Source of the DNA: the human T2T-CHM13v2.0 reference genome, Homo sapiens
Strand: one strand, 5' to 3'
Assembly (NCBI RefSeq): GCF_009914755.1
Contig: NC_060931.1
DNA: 64,000 nt
Shown here: in pieces, positions 1 to 19,770 of the stretch
How the letters are laid out: each line of letters begins with the position of its first letter
How positions within the stretch are numbered: position 1 is the stretch's first letter
Program-made: the position numbers and the translations under genes
The notes under the pieces: generated by a model
Database searches by the model: none
What the model saw: the letters and a program-made list of their open reading frames with translations, nothing else
Told to the model about the DNA's origin: nothing

Positions 1-116
1 AGCCTCCGTTATTACTACTATACCATATATCCTTACAGTCTTTTGGGTTTTGGTTTTTGTTTTGAGACAGGGTATCACTCTGTTGCCCAGGCAGGAGTAC
101 AGAGGTATGATCCTGA

Positions 117-329
<213 letters not shown>

Positions 330-492
330 TGAAAAGATAGAAGAAAAGAAGATAGCTGTAAGTCTCCTACTGAAAGTCAACACTTTGATGCATTTCTTTA
401 TATTTTTAAATTATTATTTTATTAATATATTATTACTTTATTTTTGAGATGGAGTCTCATTCTGTCGCACAGGCTGGAGTACAGTGGCGTGA

Positions 493-984
<492 letters not shown>

Positions 985-1153
985 TAAGAGACGGGGTTTC
1001 TCCACGTTGGTCAGGCTGGTCTCGAACTCCCAACATCAGGTGATCTGTCTGCCTCAGCCTCCCAAAGTGCTGGGATTACAAGCTTGAGCCACTGCGCCCA
1101 GCCCGCCTTCAATGTTATATTACATGTATTGTTTCTTTGTTTTTTTGAGATGA

Positions 1154-1443
<290 letters not shown>

Positions 1444-1528
1444 TAAGATAATATTTGCATGTGTCAAAAAAACCCAAATTGTTCAAAATCAAAAAGTGGA
1501 GGTTTCCCTTTCTCCCACAGATAGTTCA

Positions 1529-1729
<201 letters not shown>

Positions 1730-2524
1730 TTAATTAAAAAATAAATTAGACGGGCATGGTGGTGTGCACCTGCATTCCCAACTACTGGGAAGCTGAGGCA
1801 GAAGGACTGATTGAGCCCAGAACTTTGAGGCTGCCGTGAGCTAGGATGGCACCACTGAACTCCAGCCTGGGCAAAAGAGTAAGACTGTCTCAAAAATAGT
1901 AATTGATAATAATGCTGTGATGACTATCCACTTGCATAAATCTGGGCACACGTTTCTGATCCCTTGGTCAGACAATATCCTCGCTTTATAGATGAGGACA
2001 GCAGACCTGGAGGAATGATTTGCCAGCCCAGGTCCATCGTCCAGGGCCTATATGGGGAATGCTCTGTCGGGACGGTGTGTTCCCCATTTTTATTTCGGTG
2101 TTACCAGGCTCCTGCAGCAGCAGCAGCACCACATCTCAGAGGGCAGGTGAGAAGGAGGGGAAAACGGCCAAACGCAATGGCTCATGCCTGTAATCCCAGC
2201 ACTTTGGGAGGCGGAGGCAGGCAGATCACCTGAGGTCAGGAGTTCAAGACCAGCCTGGCCAACACGGCGAAACCCCGTATCTACTAAAAATATAAAACTT
2301 AGCTGGGCGTGGTGGCGGGCACCTGTAGTCCCAGCTACTCAGGAGGCTGAGGCAGGAGAATGGTGTGAACCCAGGAGGTGGAGGCTGCCGTCAGCCAAAA
2401 TTGTGCCACTGCACTTCGGCCTGGGTGACCAAGCGAGACTCCATCTCAAAAAAAAAAAAAAAAAAAAAAAAAAGGAGGGGAAAACCTCATTTTCTAACTG
2501 CCACCTCTTTTCTTTCTTTTTCAG

Positions 2525-2562
2525 ACCCTTTGCAGAAATCTGCAATGATGCCAAGGTGCCAG
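2525..2562 (+). pseudogene. GTF2IRD1: Orphan 38-bp exon of a GTF2IRD1 duplicate (C-terminal [12 protein letters not shown] exon)
   Basis: Long polypyrimidine tract and ttcag acceptor, then ACCCTTTGCAGAAATCTGCAATGATGCCAAGGTGCCAG, then a gtgagt donor. The peptide [12 protein letters not shown] matches the recalled GTF2IRD1 C-terminus. Neighbouring GTF2IRD1 exons are not seen in the window. Confidence 0.75.
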
Positions 2563-3633
2563 GTGAGTCGGAGGCAAGGAAGCCACCCTTCTGCCCTGTG
2601 GGGACTAGACTGTTCCTTTTGAAAAAAAGGTAGAGCCGGGTGCAGTGGCTCACGCCTATAATCCCAGCACTTTGGGAGGCAAGCAGATCACTTAAGGTCA
2701 GGAGTTCAAGACCAGCCTGAGCAACATGGTGAAACCCTATCTCTACTAAAAATACAACAATTAGCTGGGCGTGGTTGTGGGCACCTGCAATCCCAGCTAC
2801 TTGGGGGACTGAGGCAGGAGAATTGCTGAACCCGGAAGGCGGAGGTTGCAGTGAACTGAGATCACACCCCTGCACTCCAGCCTGGGAGACAGAGCAAGAC
2901 TCCATCTCAAAAAAAAAATGAAAAAGACAGAGACACCAGGAGTTGGAGGCTGCAGTGAGCTATGATTGTACCACTGCACTCCAGCCTGAGCAACAGAGCA
3001 AGACCCTGTCTCTAAAAAAAAAATTTTAATAAATTTTTTAAAGGCAGAGATAGATGTGGTCCAGGTGGGCATGCAATAGATGGCTTACCACCTTGAAAAA
3101 AATATAGCCCCTCTCCACCCTGGTGCCTCCCCAGGGAGCCTGAGGTCTCCATGAACAAGGACAGGTATCCCCAAGAGGCCCCCCGAAACCTGCAGGTGCC
3201 CTACAGAGGGAAGGCCCTGCCATAGCACCAATGAGTGTATGAGGTCAGCTAGAAGGACAAGAGGCAGGCTGGGCCTCAGGGAGGATCATGGGGGCCTCCT
3301 GGGTAGCAGAGGGGTAGCATGTGACTGACAGGGGTGAGGCAGGCGGGCACTGCCAGAGACTGGCTGGACCCCCTCCGTTCTGCTGGCATCTGCAGGGTAT
3401 ACAGAACCTTTCACCAGGCACCTGGGGGCCACCTGGCATGATGGTTCCGATTAAGGTGTATGATAGGACTTGGGAGAAATTACTCACGGGTGACTATGAT
3501 GTGCACCCGATTAAGAAACACTGTATCCCAGCACTTTGGGAGGCCAAGGCAGGCAGATCACTTGAGAACAGGAGTTCGAGCCCAGACTGACCAACATGGT
3601 GAAACCCTGTCTCAACTAAAAATAGAAAAATTA

Positions 3634-3978
<345 letters not shown>

Positions 3979-4254
3979 CTAGCTACTTGGGCGTTTGAGG
4001 TGGGAGGATGGCTTCAGCCCAGGAGGCAGAGGTTGCAGTGAGTCGAGATCACACCACTGCACTCCAAGCTGGATGACAGAGCAGGACTCTGTCTCAAAAA
4101 GAAAAAGAAAAAGAAACACTGATTGGCCAGGTGTGGTGGCTCACGTCTCTAATCCCAGCAGTTTGGGAGGCCTAAGTGGGAGGATTGCTTGAGTCCCGGA
4201 GTTTGAGACAAACCTGGGCAACATAATGAGACCGTGTCTCTACAAAAAGTTTTT

Positions 4255-4344
4255 TCTCCCATCCAACTACTAACCAGGCCCAACCCTGCTTCCCTTCTGA
4301 GATCAGGCAAGATCAGGCGCATTCAGGGTGGTATGGCCATAGAC
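4255..4344 (-). pseudogene. 5S rRNA retropseudogene, 3'-truncated (about 90 nt, tailless)
   Basis: The minus strand reads GTCTATGGCCATACCACCCTGAATGCGCCTGATCT...GCAGGGTTGGGCCTGGTTAGTAGTTGGATGGGAGA, i.e. 5S rRNA nt 1-~90 with CpG decay. It is flanked by the 15-bp direct repeat CAAAAAGTTTTTTCT (4243-4257, 4345-4359). Confidence 0.95.
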
Positions 4345-4459
4345 CAAAAAGTTTTTTCTAAAAATTAGCCAGGCGTGGTAGTAGGCACTTGTAGTCCCAG
4401 CTACACAGGAGGCTGAGGCCGGAGGATCACCTGAGCCCCAGAGTTTACGGCTGCAGTGA

Positions 4460-4747
<288 letters not shown>

Positions 4748-5513
4748 TGATCCACCCACCCTGGCTCCCCAAAGTGCTGAGATTACAGGTGTGAGCCACT
4801 GCTCCCGGCCTTCTTTTTTTTTCCCAAGACAGAGACTCGCTCTGTCGCTCAGGCTGGAGTCAATCTTGCAATCTTGACTTACTGCAACCTCCACCTCCTG
4901 AGTTCAAGCGATTCTCATGCCTTAGCCTCCCGAGTAGCTGAGACTTCAGGCATGCACCACCACACCCAGCTAATTCTTTGTATTTTTAGTAGAGGCGAGG
5001 TTTCACCATGTTGGCCAGGCTGGTCTCAAACTCCTGACCTCAAGTGATCCTCCCACCCCAGCATCCCAAAGTGCTGGGATTACAGGTGGGAGCCACTGTG
5101 CCTGGCTGAGACCCCATCTCCTAAGAAATAAAAAAGAAGAAGAAAGAAAAAATATTGATCTAATCTTACCCCACCTCATTGTACAGCTGGGAAGCTGAGG
5201 TGCAGAGATGCCAGGGACTTGCCCAGGCCACAAAGTGAGTCAGACGCTGTGCAGACCGTGCTGTCAGGACCATCCATCTGAACCACCACAGGGCCCAGTA
5301 TGGCTGCTCAGCAGGGACAGTGATAGGATTCAGCAAGGCCACGCCACAACCTGGCCTGAGACCCTAGGCCCTGACTCCTGTCAGGACCAGGTTCACCTGG
5401 AACTCCACAGCCTGGGGTGGCATAGCCCAGCTAGAAGCCACCTCCTTCCACCAAGAGCTGATCACAAACCTGGGCCATGTAGTGAGACTGCCCCCGTCTC
5501 TGCAAAAAAATTA

Positions 5514-5684
<171 letters not shown>

Positions 5685-6594
5685 TTACAAGGGTCAGGCC
5701 TGGCACTGAACATACAGATCTGGAGGCGACCTGGTTTGCTCTCAGGTCAAAGGCAGAGACAGGCCGGGCGCGGTGGCTCACGCCTGTAATCCCAACGCTT
5801 TGGGAGGCTGAGGCAGGGAGGTGGGTGGATCACCTGAGGTCAGGAGTTCGAGACCAGCCTGGCCAACATGGTGAAGCCCCGTCTCTACTAAAATCCAAAA
5901 AAAAAAGATTAGCCGGGGTTGGTAGTGGGCGCCTGTAATCTCAGCCACTCAGGAGGCTGAGGCAGGAGAATCAGTTGAACCCAGGAAGTGGAGGTTGCAA
6001 TGAGCCGAGATCATGCTACTCTACTCCAGCCTGGGGAACAAAGCCAGGCTCTGTCTCAAAAAAAAAAAAAAAAAAAAAAGAGCAAACAAAAAACAAAAAA
6101 CATGGCAGAGACACAGAAGGCCACATAAATGCCTCAGGAAGATTTGGGACAGATGCCCAGAGGGTGGGCACTGTCACCCACATCCACCACTCCCTCCAAT
6201 ATGGCCATCTCTCATGGTGACTCAAGGATGGCCACAGCCCATGGACCAGTCTGAGACAGAGGGTGGGGCAGCATCTGACTTCTTTTTCATGTTGAATATC
6301 CCACAAAAATCCCTCTGACTCATAGCCTGGGCTCCTCCTGCCTCCAGGGTCTTCTCTTTCCCAGGGTCTCTATGCCACATCACAGACACCTAGTTTCTGA
6401 CTTTTCTCCACCAATTGAAGAGACATTTGCCCCGTGGACCGAGCCTGCCCTTACTCTGTGTCATTAAGACCCTTCTGGTGGGCTGAGTGCAGTGGCTCAC
6501 GCCTGTAATCCCAGCACTTTGGGAGGCTGAAGCAGGAGAATTCTTTGAGCCCAGGAGTTCAAGACCAGACTGGGCAACATAGACTCCGTCTCTA

Positions 6595-6774
<180 letters not shown>

Positions 6775-6959
6775 TTATCGGGCTGGGCGAGGTTTCCATG
6801 CAGTAACCCATCCAATCAGGATGTGCTGCTCAAAGTCTTACATCTTCACCTCAAGGAAATTCAGCAACCGCAAAACACCTGCTGACTCCTGCCGAGATCC
6901 CGCCACTGCACTACAGCCTGGGTGACAGAGCTAGACTCCGTCTCCAAAAAAAAGCATTC

Positions 6960-7850
6960 TTTTTTTTTTTTTTTAAAGAAATGATCAATTAAAAAACCTT
7001 TAATGCTCAGTTTTCACAAACACAATCAAGTCTATCAAATTTCCGGATTTACAGCAAAATGTGCCAGCTAAAAAGGTGTACATTCTTCAGTTTCTCCTAT
7101 ACTTTTTTTTTTTTTTGTGCCTATCTTTCAAAACTGAGCACTGGGTATTTTTAACATAAGCCATGTCATATGTACATTTTAACTATGTTTCAGGAATAAA
7201 TGAAATCCATGATATGAATTTTCAGTAACTCATAGTGTATTTATAAAATGAAAAGTTCTCTATCAAAATACACTTTTCACTGGGAAAAATAAATAAAATA
7301 GACAAATGGACCTACACAAAGTAAACATTAACTTTGGTAGATTTCAGTGTAGTTCATAACAAGGATATTTGCCCTTATTCCCCCAGAGCTGCTCAACTAC
7401 CAAGAATTTTTTAAATATTTTTAACTGAGATTTTATTATGTTAACATTTGTTTCTCATTCCACATCATCTTCAGCCAAGCTCTGAGCACTTAGAATTCTC
7501 TAATTGTTGGGAGCTTAGTCAAAAGCATCTGGAACACTAGTGGTGGAAGAGTTTGCTGTAAGGCCTGCAGTAACTGCTGTGGCTGTCCACACACAGCAAT
7601 TCCGTTTGTCAGATGGTCTACGCCCTTCTCATATTCACCTTGAGCTAGTAACTCTTCACCAAGCTGTATTTCTTCAAGGAAGAACTTCTGAACAGCTTCA
7701 GCATCTTTAAGGTCAGGTAACTTGGAAAGCCCAGCTCTCTCCTTGGCAAGCTTCTGTTTCTTTCTTCCATCTCAAAGCCTGTTCTTGAAGTTGGGGTCAC
7801 TTCGTCTTTTGTGGTCGAAGTAGATGCAGTACCCAATAAAAAGGGCCCCA
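6960..7850 (-). pseudogene. TOMM20: TOMM20 processed pseudogene, 5'-truncated
   Basis: Intronless minus-strand translation GALFIGYCIYFDHKRRSDPNFKNRL*DGRKKQKLAKERAGLSKLPDLKDAEAVQKFFLEEIQLGEELLAQGEYEKGVDHLT...SAQSLAEDDVE*, with the native stop at 7455-7457. Premature TGA at 7772-7774 and a frameshift near 7500. About 480 nt of 3'UTR, ATTAAA at 6999-7004, poly(A) at 6960-6974. Candidate TSD AAAGAATG (6955-6962, 7856-7863). Confidence 0.95.
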
Positions 7851-8234
7851 GCGCTCATTCTTTAATTAAACTTCATTTAGCTGCCATCTGTCTCGGTTCG
7901 AAATGGCATTATTAACTTATATATAATTTGCCTTATTCATTGGTTGAAAAAGCCCTGCCAAGTGAAGGACTCTTCTACCCAGGACCGTGGGGAGTGATGC
8001 CCAACACATGTCATCTGTTTCTGTAGGATAAACACAATCTCTGATCAAGTGCGGGGAGGCGGAGTGTCTGTACGGCCTGGTCCTTGTGCTCCCTGATGCA
8101 AAGTGAGCTTCCTCAGCCGTGCTGCCTTCTCACACAGAAGCATTCACCTGTCATGGGCCTGAGTGACCTATCACATCCCCAAAACCACCACCTTCCTAGT
8201 CCTTCTCCACAACGCCAAGAACTCACTTACTCAC

Positions 8235-8487
8235 CAGATTGGTGAAATAGTAGCCATCCTCTCCAGTCATCAGTCGGCTTGGATTGCAGAAGCACGTGAT
8301 ATACTGGATATTAGACTGAAGGCATGGGGGTTGCCCTTCAAAACAATGTAGATGAGGGTGGGGAGGAAGTCATCTGCTGACGCCAGCTCGTTCTAGGTGA
8401 TCTTGATGGCATCGAAGATGTGCTTGCTGCACTTGGTGATGCAGGCCAGCTTGTCTCGAGGCACACGCCTGGAATCCATTTCAATAT
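8235..8487 (-). pseudogene. RABGEF1: RABGEF1 pseudo-exon, VPS9 GEF domain (penultimate coding exon)
   Basis: tttgtag acceptor and gtgagt donor. Translation [86 protein letters not shown] at 8393-8395 and a 1-nt deletion in the C-run near 8326. Confidence 0.95.
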
Positions 8488-8774
8488 CTACAAAGCAGAA
8501 AAGACAGTATTTCCCATGAGAAAAGAATCACAAAAAAGAAGCAATAGGAAAATCATGTTTCATCTCTAAAGTTATGAAGGAATCCTCACTAACCCCCTTT
8601 CCAGCAGTTAACTTAGTGTATAATAACTTAGTAAATATGATCTCATACTCACGGAAAACAGACCCATAAGCCAAGTACTACACAGTGTACCCTACAAGCA
8701 CATTTCTCTAATCCTAAGATTATGCAATAGATACTCTTATTTTTTCTTTTTTTCTTTTCTTTTTTTTTTTTTGA

Positions 8775-8933
<159 letters not shown>

Positions 8934-9174
8934 TAGTAGAGTTGGGGTTTCTCCATGTTGGGCCAGCTGGTCTCAAACTCCCGACCTCAGGTGATCCGCC
9001 TGCCTCAGGCAGCCTCCCAAAGTGTTGGGATTACAGGCGTGAGCCACCACGCCCAGCCACAATGGATACTCTTATTAATATTATCCATTTTAGTGATGAG
9101 GGGGCTGAAGTTCAGAGAAGTTAAATGATTTGCCCAAGATCATACAGACAGCAGGTAGCAGGGTGGGAATTTGA

Positions 9175-9525
<351 letters not shown>

Positions 9526-9801
9526 TAATCACAACGTAAGCTGCCTCTGAGCTCCACGGAGAAGGAAGAAGTTGTCTGATAAAAGAATCTTTTTATTGCT
9601 TCTGTGCCTCTGTTACATTTTAGAATGTTTTCGACAATCTCAATTTGCATACCGCTTTTTAGAAATGTGGCTACTACAAAAAGCATCTTTGTACTGGATG
9701 CGAGAATACAAAAATTAGCCCACGTAGGGGTGCGTGGCTGTAGTCCCAACTACTCGAAAAGCTGAGGCAGAAAAATGGCTTGAGCCCGAGAGGTTGAGAC
9801 T

Positions 9802-12745
9802 GCTGTGGGCTGGGCTGGCCCCGCCGTGGGGCCGCACGGGGACGGACGCGGGTGGACGCTGGGACCGAGCCCGGGCGCCCATGGCTGGGGCTGCCATGGC
9901 TGAGCGGGGCCACGTGCCTCCCCCTCGCGCCCGCGCCCGCGCCCAGCACGGAGGGGCTGCCGTGCGCCTTCCTGCAGAGCCTGCGCACCCTGTTGGACAT
10001 CCTGGACGACCCGCGGGGCGGCTGCGTGCACCTGCGCCAGAGCCAGTCCCGCTGGCGGGGGGCCGACACGCGGGAGCTGCCCCGTGGGATGCTGGAGGGC
10101 CTGCGCCAGGTGGCCTCGGCCAGTGGCTGCCTGACCTTCGAGCGCTTTGTGGCCGACCTGCCCACCTAGCTGCTGAGCGCCATCGGCTGCCCCCGGGACC
10201 CCACGTGCGCCCCGGCCCAGCCTGGGGACCAGCCGCTGCAGCGCCTGGCGTTTACGCTGGCCAACGAGCCACAGACAGTCCTGGAGAAGCCCCCGCCCAG
10301 GTTCAGGCGGCGCGGCGCGGCCCGCAGCCCGGAGCAGCTGTACACCCCCCGCCGAGGCGGCGTCCTGCCCGCGGAGCCAGAGCGGACCCAGAGCGCAAGC
10401 GCGGACGCAGGTTCATTGGCCTGCAGGGCCCTGGAGGTGGACTCGGGATGTCCGACTGGCCCCCCGTGCCCGAAGGGAAGTCGGAGGCTCACCATCACCA
10501 GCGGCGTGGACTGCGGCCTGCTGAAGCAGATGAAGGAGCTGGAGCAGGAGAAGGTGGTGCTGCTGCAGGGTTTGGAGATGATGGCGGGGTCGCGACTGGT
10601 ACCAGCAGCGGCTGCAACCAGTGCAGGACCGCCAGTGCCGCCTGGGCCAGAGCAGAGCCAGCGCCGACTTTGGGCCTGCGGGGAGCCCCCACCCACTGGG
10701 GCGGCTACTGCCTAAGGTACAGGAGGTGGCCCGGTGCGTGGGGGAGTTGCTGGCTGCGGCCGGTGCCAGCCGGGCCCTACCTACGTCCTCCTCCGGGCCC
10801 CTCTGCCCTGCCCTGACGTTCACCTCCTTCCCGGGGTGGCAGCAGCAGACTATCCTTATGCTGAAGGAGCAGAACCGACGCCTCACCCAGGAGGTGACCG
10901 AGAAGAGTGGGCGCGTCATGCAGCTGGAGCAGAAGTCGGCGCTCATAATGAAGCAGCTGTTTGAGGCCCAGGCCCTCAGCCAGCAGGACGGGGAGGCCTC
11001 TGGACTCCACCTTCATCTAGCCCGTTTGGGCTGGGCGGAACCCCAGGGCAGTTCTGTCACTCAGCCCTTCGAGGGCGGACGCCCTGTCTCACCCAACGTC
11101 TCTGGCTGGAGACCCCCTGCAGCCCAGGCAGTCCCGGAGTGGGCGCCTTCCTGCCCCACTTGCCATCCAGGCTTCCCAGGTCCGCCCCCAGCTGGTCCCC
11201 GCACCGAGCCCTTGACTCGGTTTTGGCTCCTGGTGCTGACATGGGCTGGGGCTCTCTTGAGTCTGCATGGTCCGCAATTGCTACTGCCGCTGTCAGGAAC
11301 AGTGGGGGACTCCCTGTTTCCAGCGGTGCTGCTCTGGGTCCCATCTCCAGGGAAAGGCAATGCTCACGCCGGGCTGCACTTCCGACAATGGCCAGTAGAG
11401 GGGGGCCGGGCAGCTCTGATGCGGCGCTGAGGCTGCGCCCGAGACCAGGGGTGCAAGGACAGCTTCCTCCCCTCAACCAGGGCACCAGGACAGGTGGCTG
11501 TCACTAGGACAGGGGCAGATGGAGGGGGTGGGGATGGCCTCTAAGCAGGGGGTGCCCGCCTGGCAGGGGAGCCCCAGGAATGGTGGTCGGACTTCGGGTC
11601 CCGGCCAAGGCAGAGAGAATGGCTGCAGCAGATTGCGGGGTGGGGGGGGCCAGGCAGGTGAGAGCTTAGCCTGCATATGCCTCCCGCAGACCCCGGTGTG
11701 ATGGCCTTCCTCACCCTGGCCAGGACGCTGTCCCCTGTTGAGTCCCACAGAACAACCTGTGAGCCTGGCTCCCCAGGAGGGGGTTCAGCCCAGGCCCCCA
11801 GGCACATCGTAGGCAGAGCCTGCCCCCCCACCCCAACTCAGGATTCCCAAGGTCTGGGGTCCTGCTCACTCCCCACCCCCGTTTCCTCCCACACTCAGCC
11901 TGACCCCAGGTTTCAGCGGGGAGAGGCCACTTCCCTCAGCCAAGGAAAACGAGAACCCCCAGAGTACAAGAGGAGGCTGGGGCAGGTCCCCTTGAGTGTC
12001 ACTCCCTGCACCCCCTGCCTAGGCCCACTCCCGCTGGTGCTGGGGTTTGCACTGGTGGAGGGGGCCCCTGCTCAGCCCATCCTGGAGGGTCCCAGTGCCA
12101 CCAGAGCTAGGGGCATGGCAACATCAAGGATGGTCCAGGGCCCCCCGATGCAGGATCAGTGTGTGGGGTGCAGGGCCCCCCAATGCGGGGTCAGTGTGTG
12201 GGGGGCGCAGGGACCCCTCGTGCCCAGGGCACTTTGGGGCACTGTCCCACAAGGCAACCCTGTCTCAGAGGAGGGGTCCTGGCAGACAGCACGGCAACTC
12301 CTTTCCAGAACCCAGCTCCACGCTAACCTGCCCACAGCAACCCCTCAGAGCCACATCCCCTGCTGCATCTGGCCTGCAGGGGTGTCCCAGGACACGCCCA
12401 AACCAGCCCAGCGTGCAACTGCCCTCCTACCCTGAGGATGGGAGTGAGCTTTCCAGGGGACATAAGGACGCCAGGCCTGGATCTTCTGGGCAGGAAAGGG
12501 AGTGGGTCCTGAAGGACTGTGCCCCACAGCCCTAGCACCACAGCCCCAGCACCAGGTGGACTGCAGCGCAGTGGGTTGGCCAGCGGCAGCCCGGGAGAAG
12601 CCGCCACCCCCGTCAGCAGGCTGGAGACAGCCCATTAGGGCCTCAATCACGTCTACCTTTGAGGGTGCCTGCCATGCCCTGGGAGATCCTGGCATCTTTA
12701 CAGGACTGGAAGCAGGAGACAGAAGAGTGTCTGCCCCGGGCTGGC
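9802..12745 (+). pseudogene. SAPCD2: SAPCD2 processed pseudogene (5'UTR, disrupted CDS 9881-11020, long 3'UTR-like segment)
   Basis: Intronless SAPCD2 peptides spread over frames: MAGAAMAERG, STEGLPCAFLQSLRTLLDILDD, LTFERFVA, SGVDCGLLKQMKELEQEKVVLLQGLEMM, WQQQTILMLKEQNR, LDSTFI* (stop at 11018-11020). Multiple frameshifts and a stop at 10167-10169. The 3' boundary is approximate and no poly(A) tail is seen. Confidence 0.93.
9810..10950. promoter_or_regulatory. Retrocopy-derived CpG-rich island
   Basis: Dense CpG content retained across the 5' part of the SAPCD2 copy. Regulatory activity is not shown by the sequence. Confidence 0.5.
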
Positions 12746-13035
12746 AGACGGTTTGAATGGTGAGTAAGACAGGGTTTTATTGAGTGAAAAGGAAGAAAAG
12801 GGGGAAAGAAGGACTCTCACAAGGCCAGAGTCTCTGCTACAGTGCTTCCTGCCAGCAGCTAGAATCCCAGGTTCTACACAGAAAGAAGAGGGGCCAGGCT
12901 CCTCCCTGCTACAAAAGACTGCGCCACTTCCCGAAGCTCCACCCCAGTGCACAGGCCGGTTGGAGTTTTTCCGGGGGGCTCCACCCCAGTGTACAGGCCG
13001 GTTGGGGTTTTTCCCAGGACCCCTTCCCACCTAGC
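12745..13035. mobile_element. ERV1-type LTR fragment with an internal 42-bp tandem duplication
   Basis: Abrupt change of composition, a TTTATT motif and LTR-like sequence. GCTCCACCCCAGTG[C/T]ACAGGCCGGTTGG[A/G]GTTTTTCC occurs at 12936 and 12978. Family not resolved. Confidence 0.5.
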
Positions 13036-13352
13036 AGTCTCACCATGACCAGCTCATTCTTTTTGCTATATCTACATATTCTTAAATAGATTTAATGCAT
13101 GTTTTGATAATTTACATGTTTTGTGGACATTTCTATTTATCTAACCCACTGAATCCTTTTTGGTAGCTTTGTAACATTCCATTATATTAACTGACTTATT
13201 TGACTCTCTACCACTGTGCATTTGGGTTGCTTCCCCTCTTTTCACTGTTGTGCACTGCAGCTATAAATAATTTTGTAAGGACTATCTTCTTTTGGGTTAC
13301 TTCTCTGCGATACATTTCCAAAAGTGGTATTAACCGCTTAATAAGAATAAAT

Positions 13353-13663
<311 letters not shown>

Positions 13664-13939
13664 AGAATCAATGTTATAGCACTAAGTGTCTATTGCTAGC
13701 CACACTCCTCAGAAACTCGGTGCACACTGTCATTAACCACGTGTACGCGCTTATTTCCCTATGGCCCTTACAACATTGGGCTTGATAATTTTCATTTCGT
13801 TTTACTGATTTTATAGGTGTAATATATGTATTTATTCCTCACTTTCTGCCAAAGAATATTTAAAGTCTATTTAAAAGATAAATGCAATTCAGCATAACAG
13901 ACTAGAAAATAAAAAGAATAACAACTGTAATACCAATGC

Positions 13940-19270
<5,331 letters not shown>

Positions 19271-19415
19271 CCTTTTAGTTCATGTATTTTCTGCAAAACT
19301 TATGCATTCATTCAGTATTCTTAGGTAGTTTACAGATGGTTTTACACCTTTCTTTTGCACCGAATTTTAGCACTTAACTTAGAAGAAACTATATTCATTA
19401 TTGTGATTATTATTA

Positions 19416-19770
19416 CAGGTTTGAGCATTCCTAACTCAAAAATAAAAAATCTGAAATGCTCAAAAATCCCAAATTTGTCAGTGTCGATATGACACCACAA
19501 GTAGGAAATTCCACACCTGGCCTCATGTGATGCGCTGTAGTCAAAAAGCAGCCAAAACTGTTTCATGCACAAAACTGCTTAAAATGTGGTATAAAATTAC
19601 CTTCAGGCTATGTATGTAAGGTATATATACAACAAATGAATTCTGTGTTTGGACTTGGGTCCCAGTCCCAAGTTATCTTATATATGTGTAAATATTCCAA
19701 AATCTGGGAAAACCCCAAAATCTGAAACACTTCTGGTCCCAAGGCTCTCGGATAAGGGATACTCAACCTG
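19416..19770. mobile_element. Tigger4/Zombi (MER46-type) non-autonomous DNA transposon
   Basis: Terminal inverted repeats CAGGTTTGAGCATTCC / GGATACTCAACCTG with TA target duplications on both sides. Confidence 0.85.

Noticed and set aside
4255-4344. A functional 5S rRNA gene
   Set aside because: The last ~30 nt and the terminator are missing, there are many substitutions, and it has a TSD.
11677-12435. 252-aa ORF and overlapping ORFs on both strands
   Set aside because: They lie in GC-rich 3'UTR-like sequence of the SAPCD2 copy, show no recognisable domain, and long frames are expected at this GC content.
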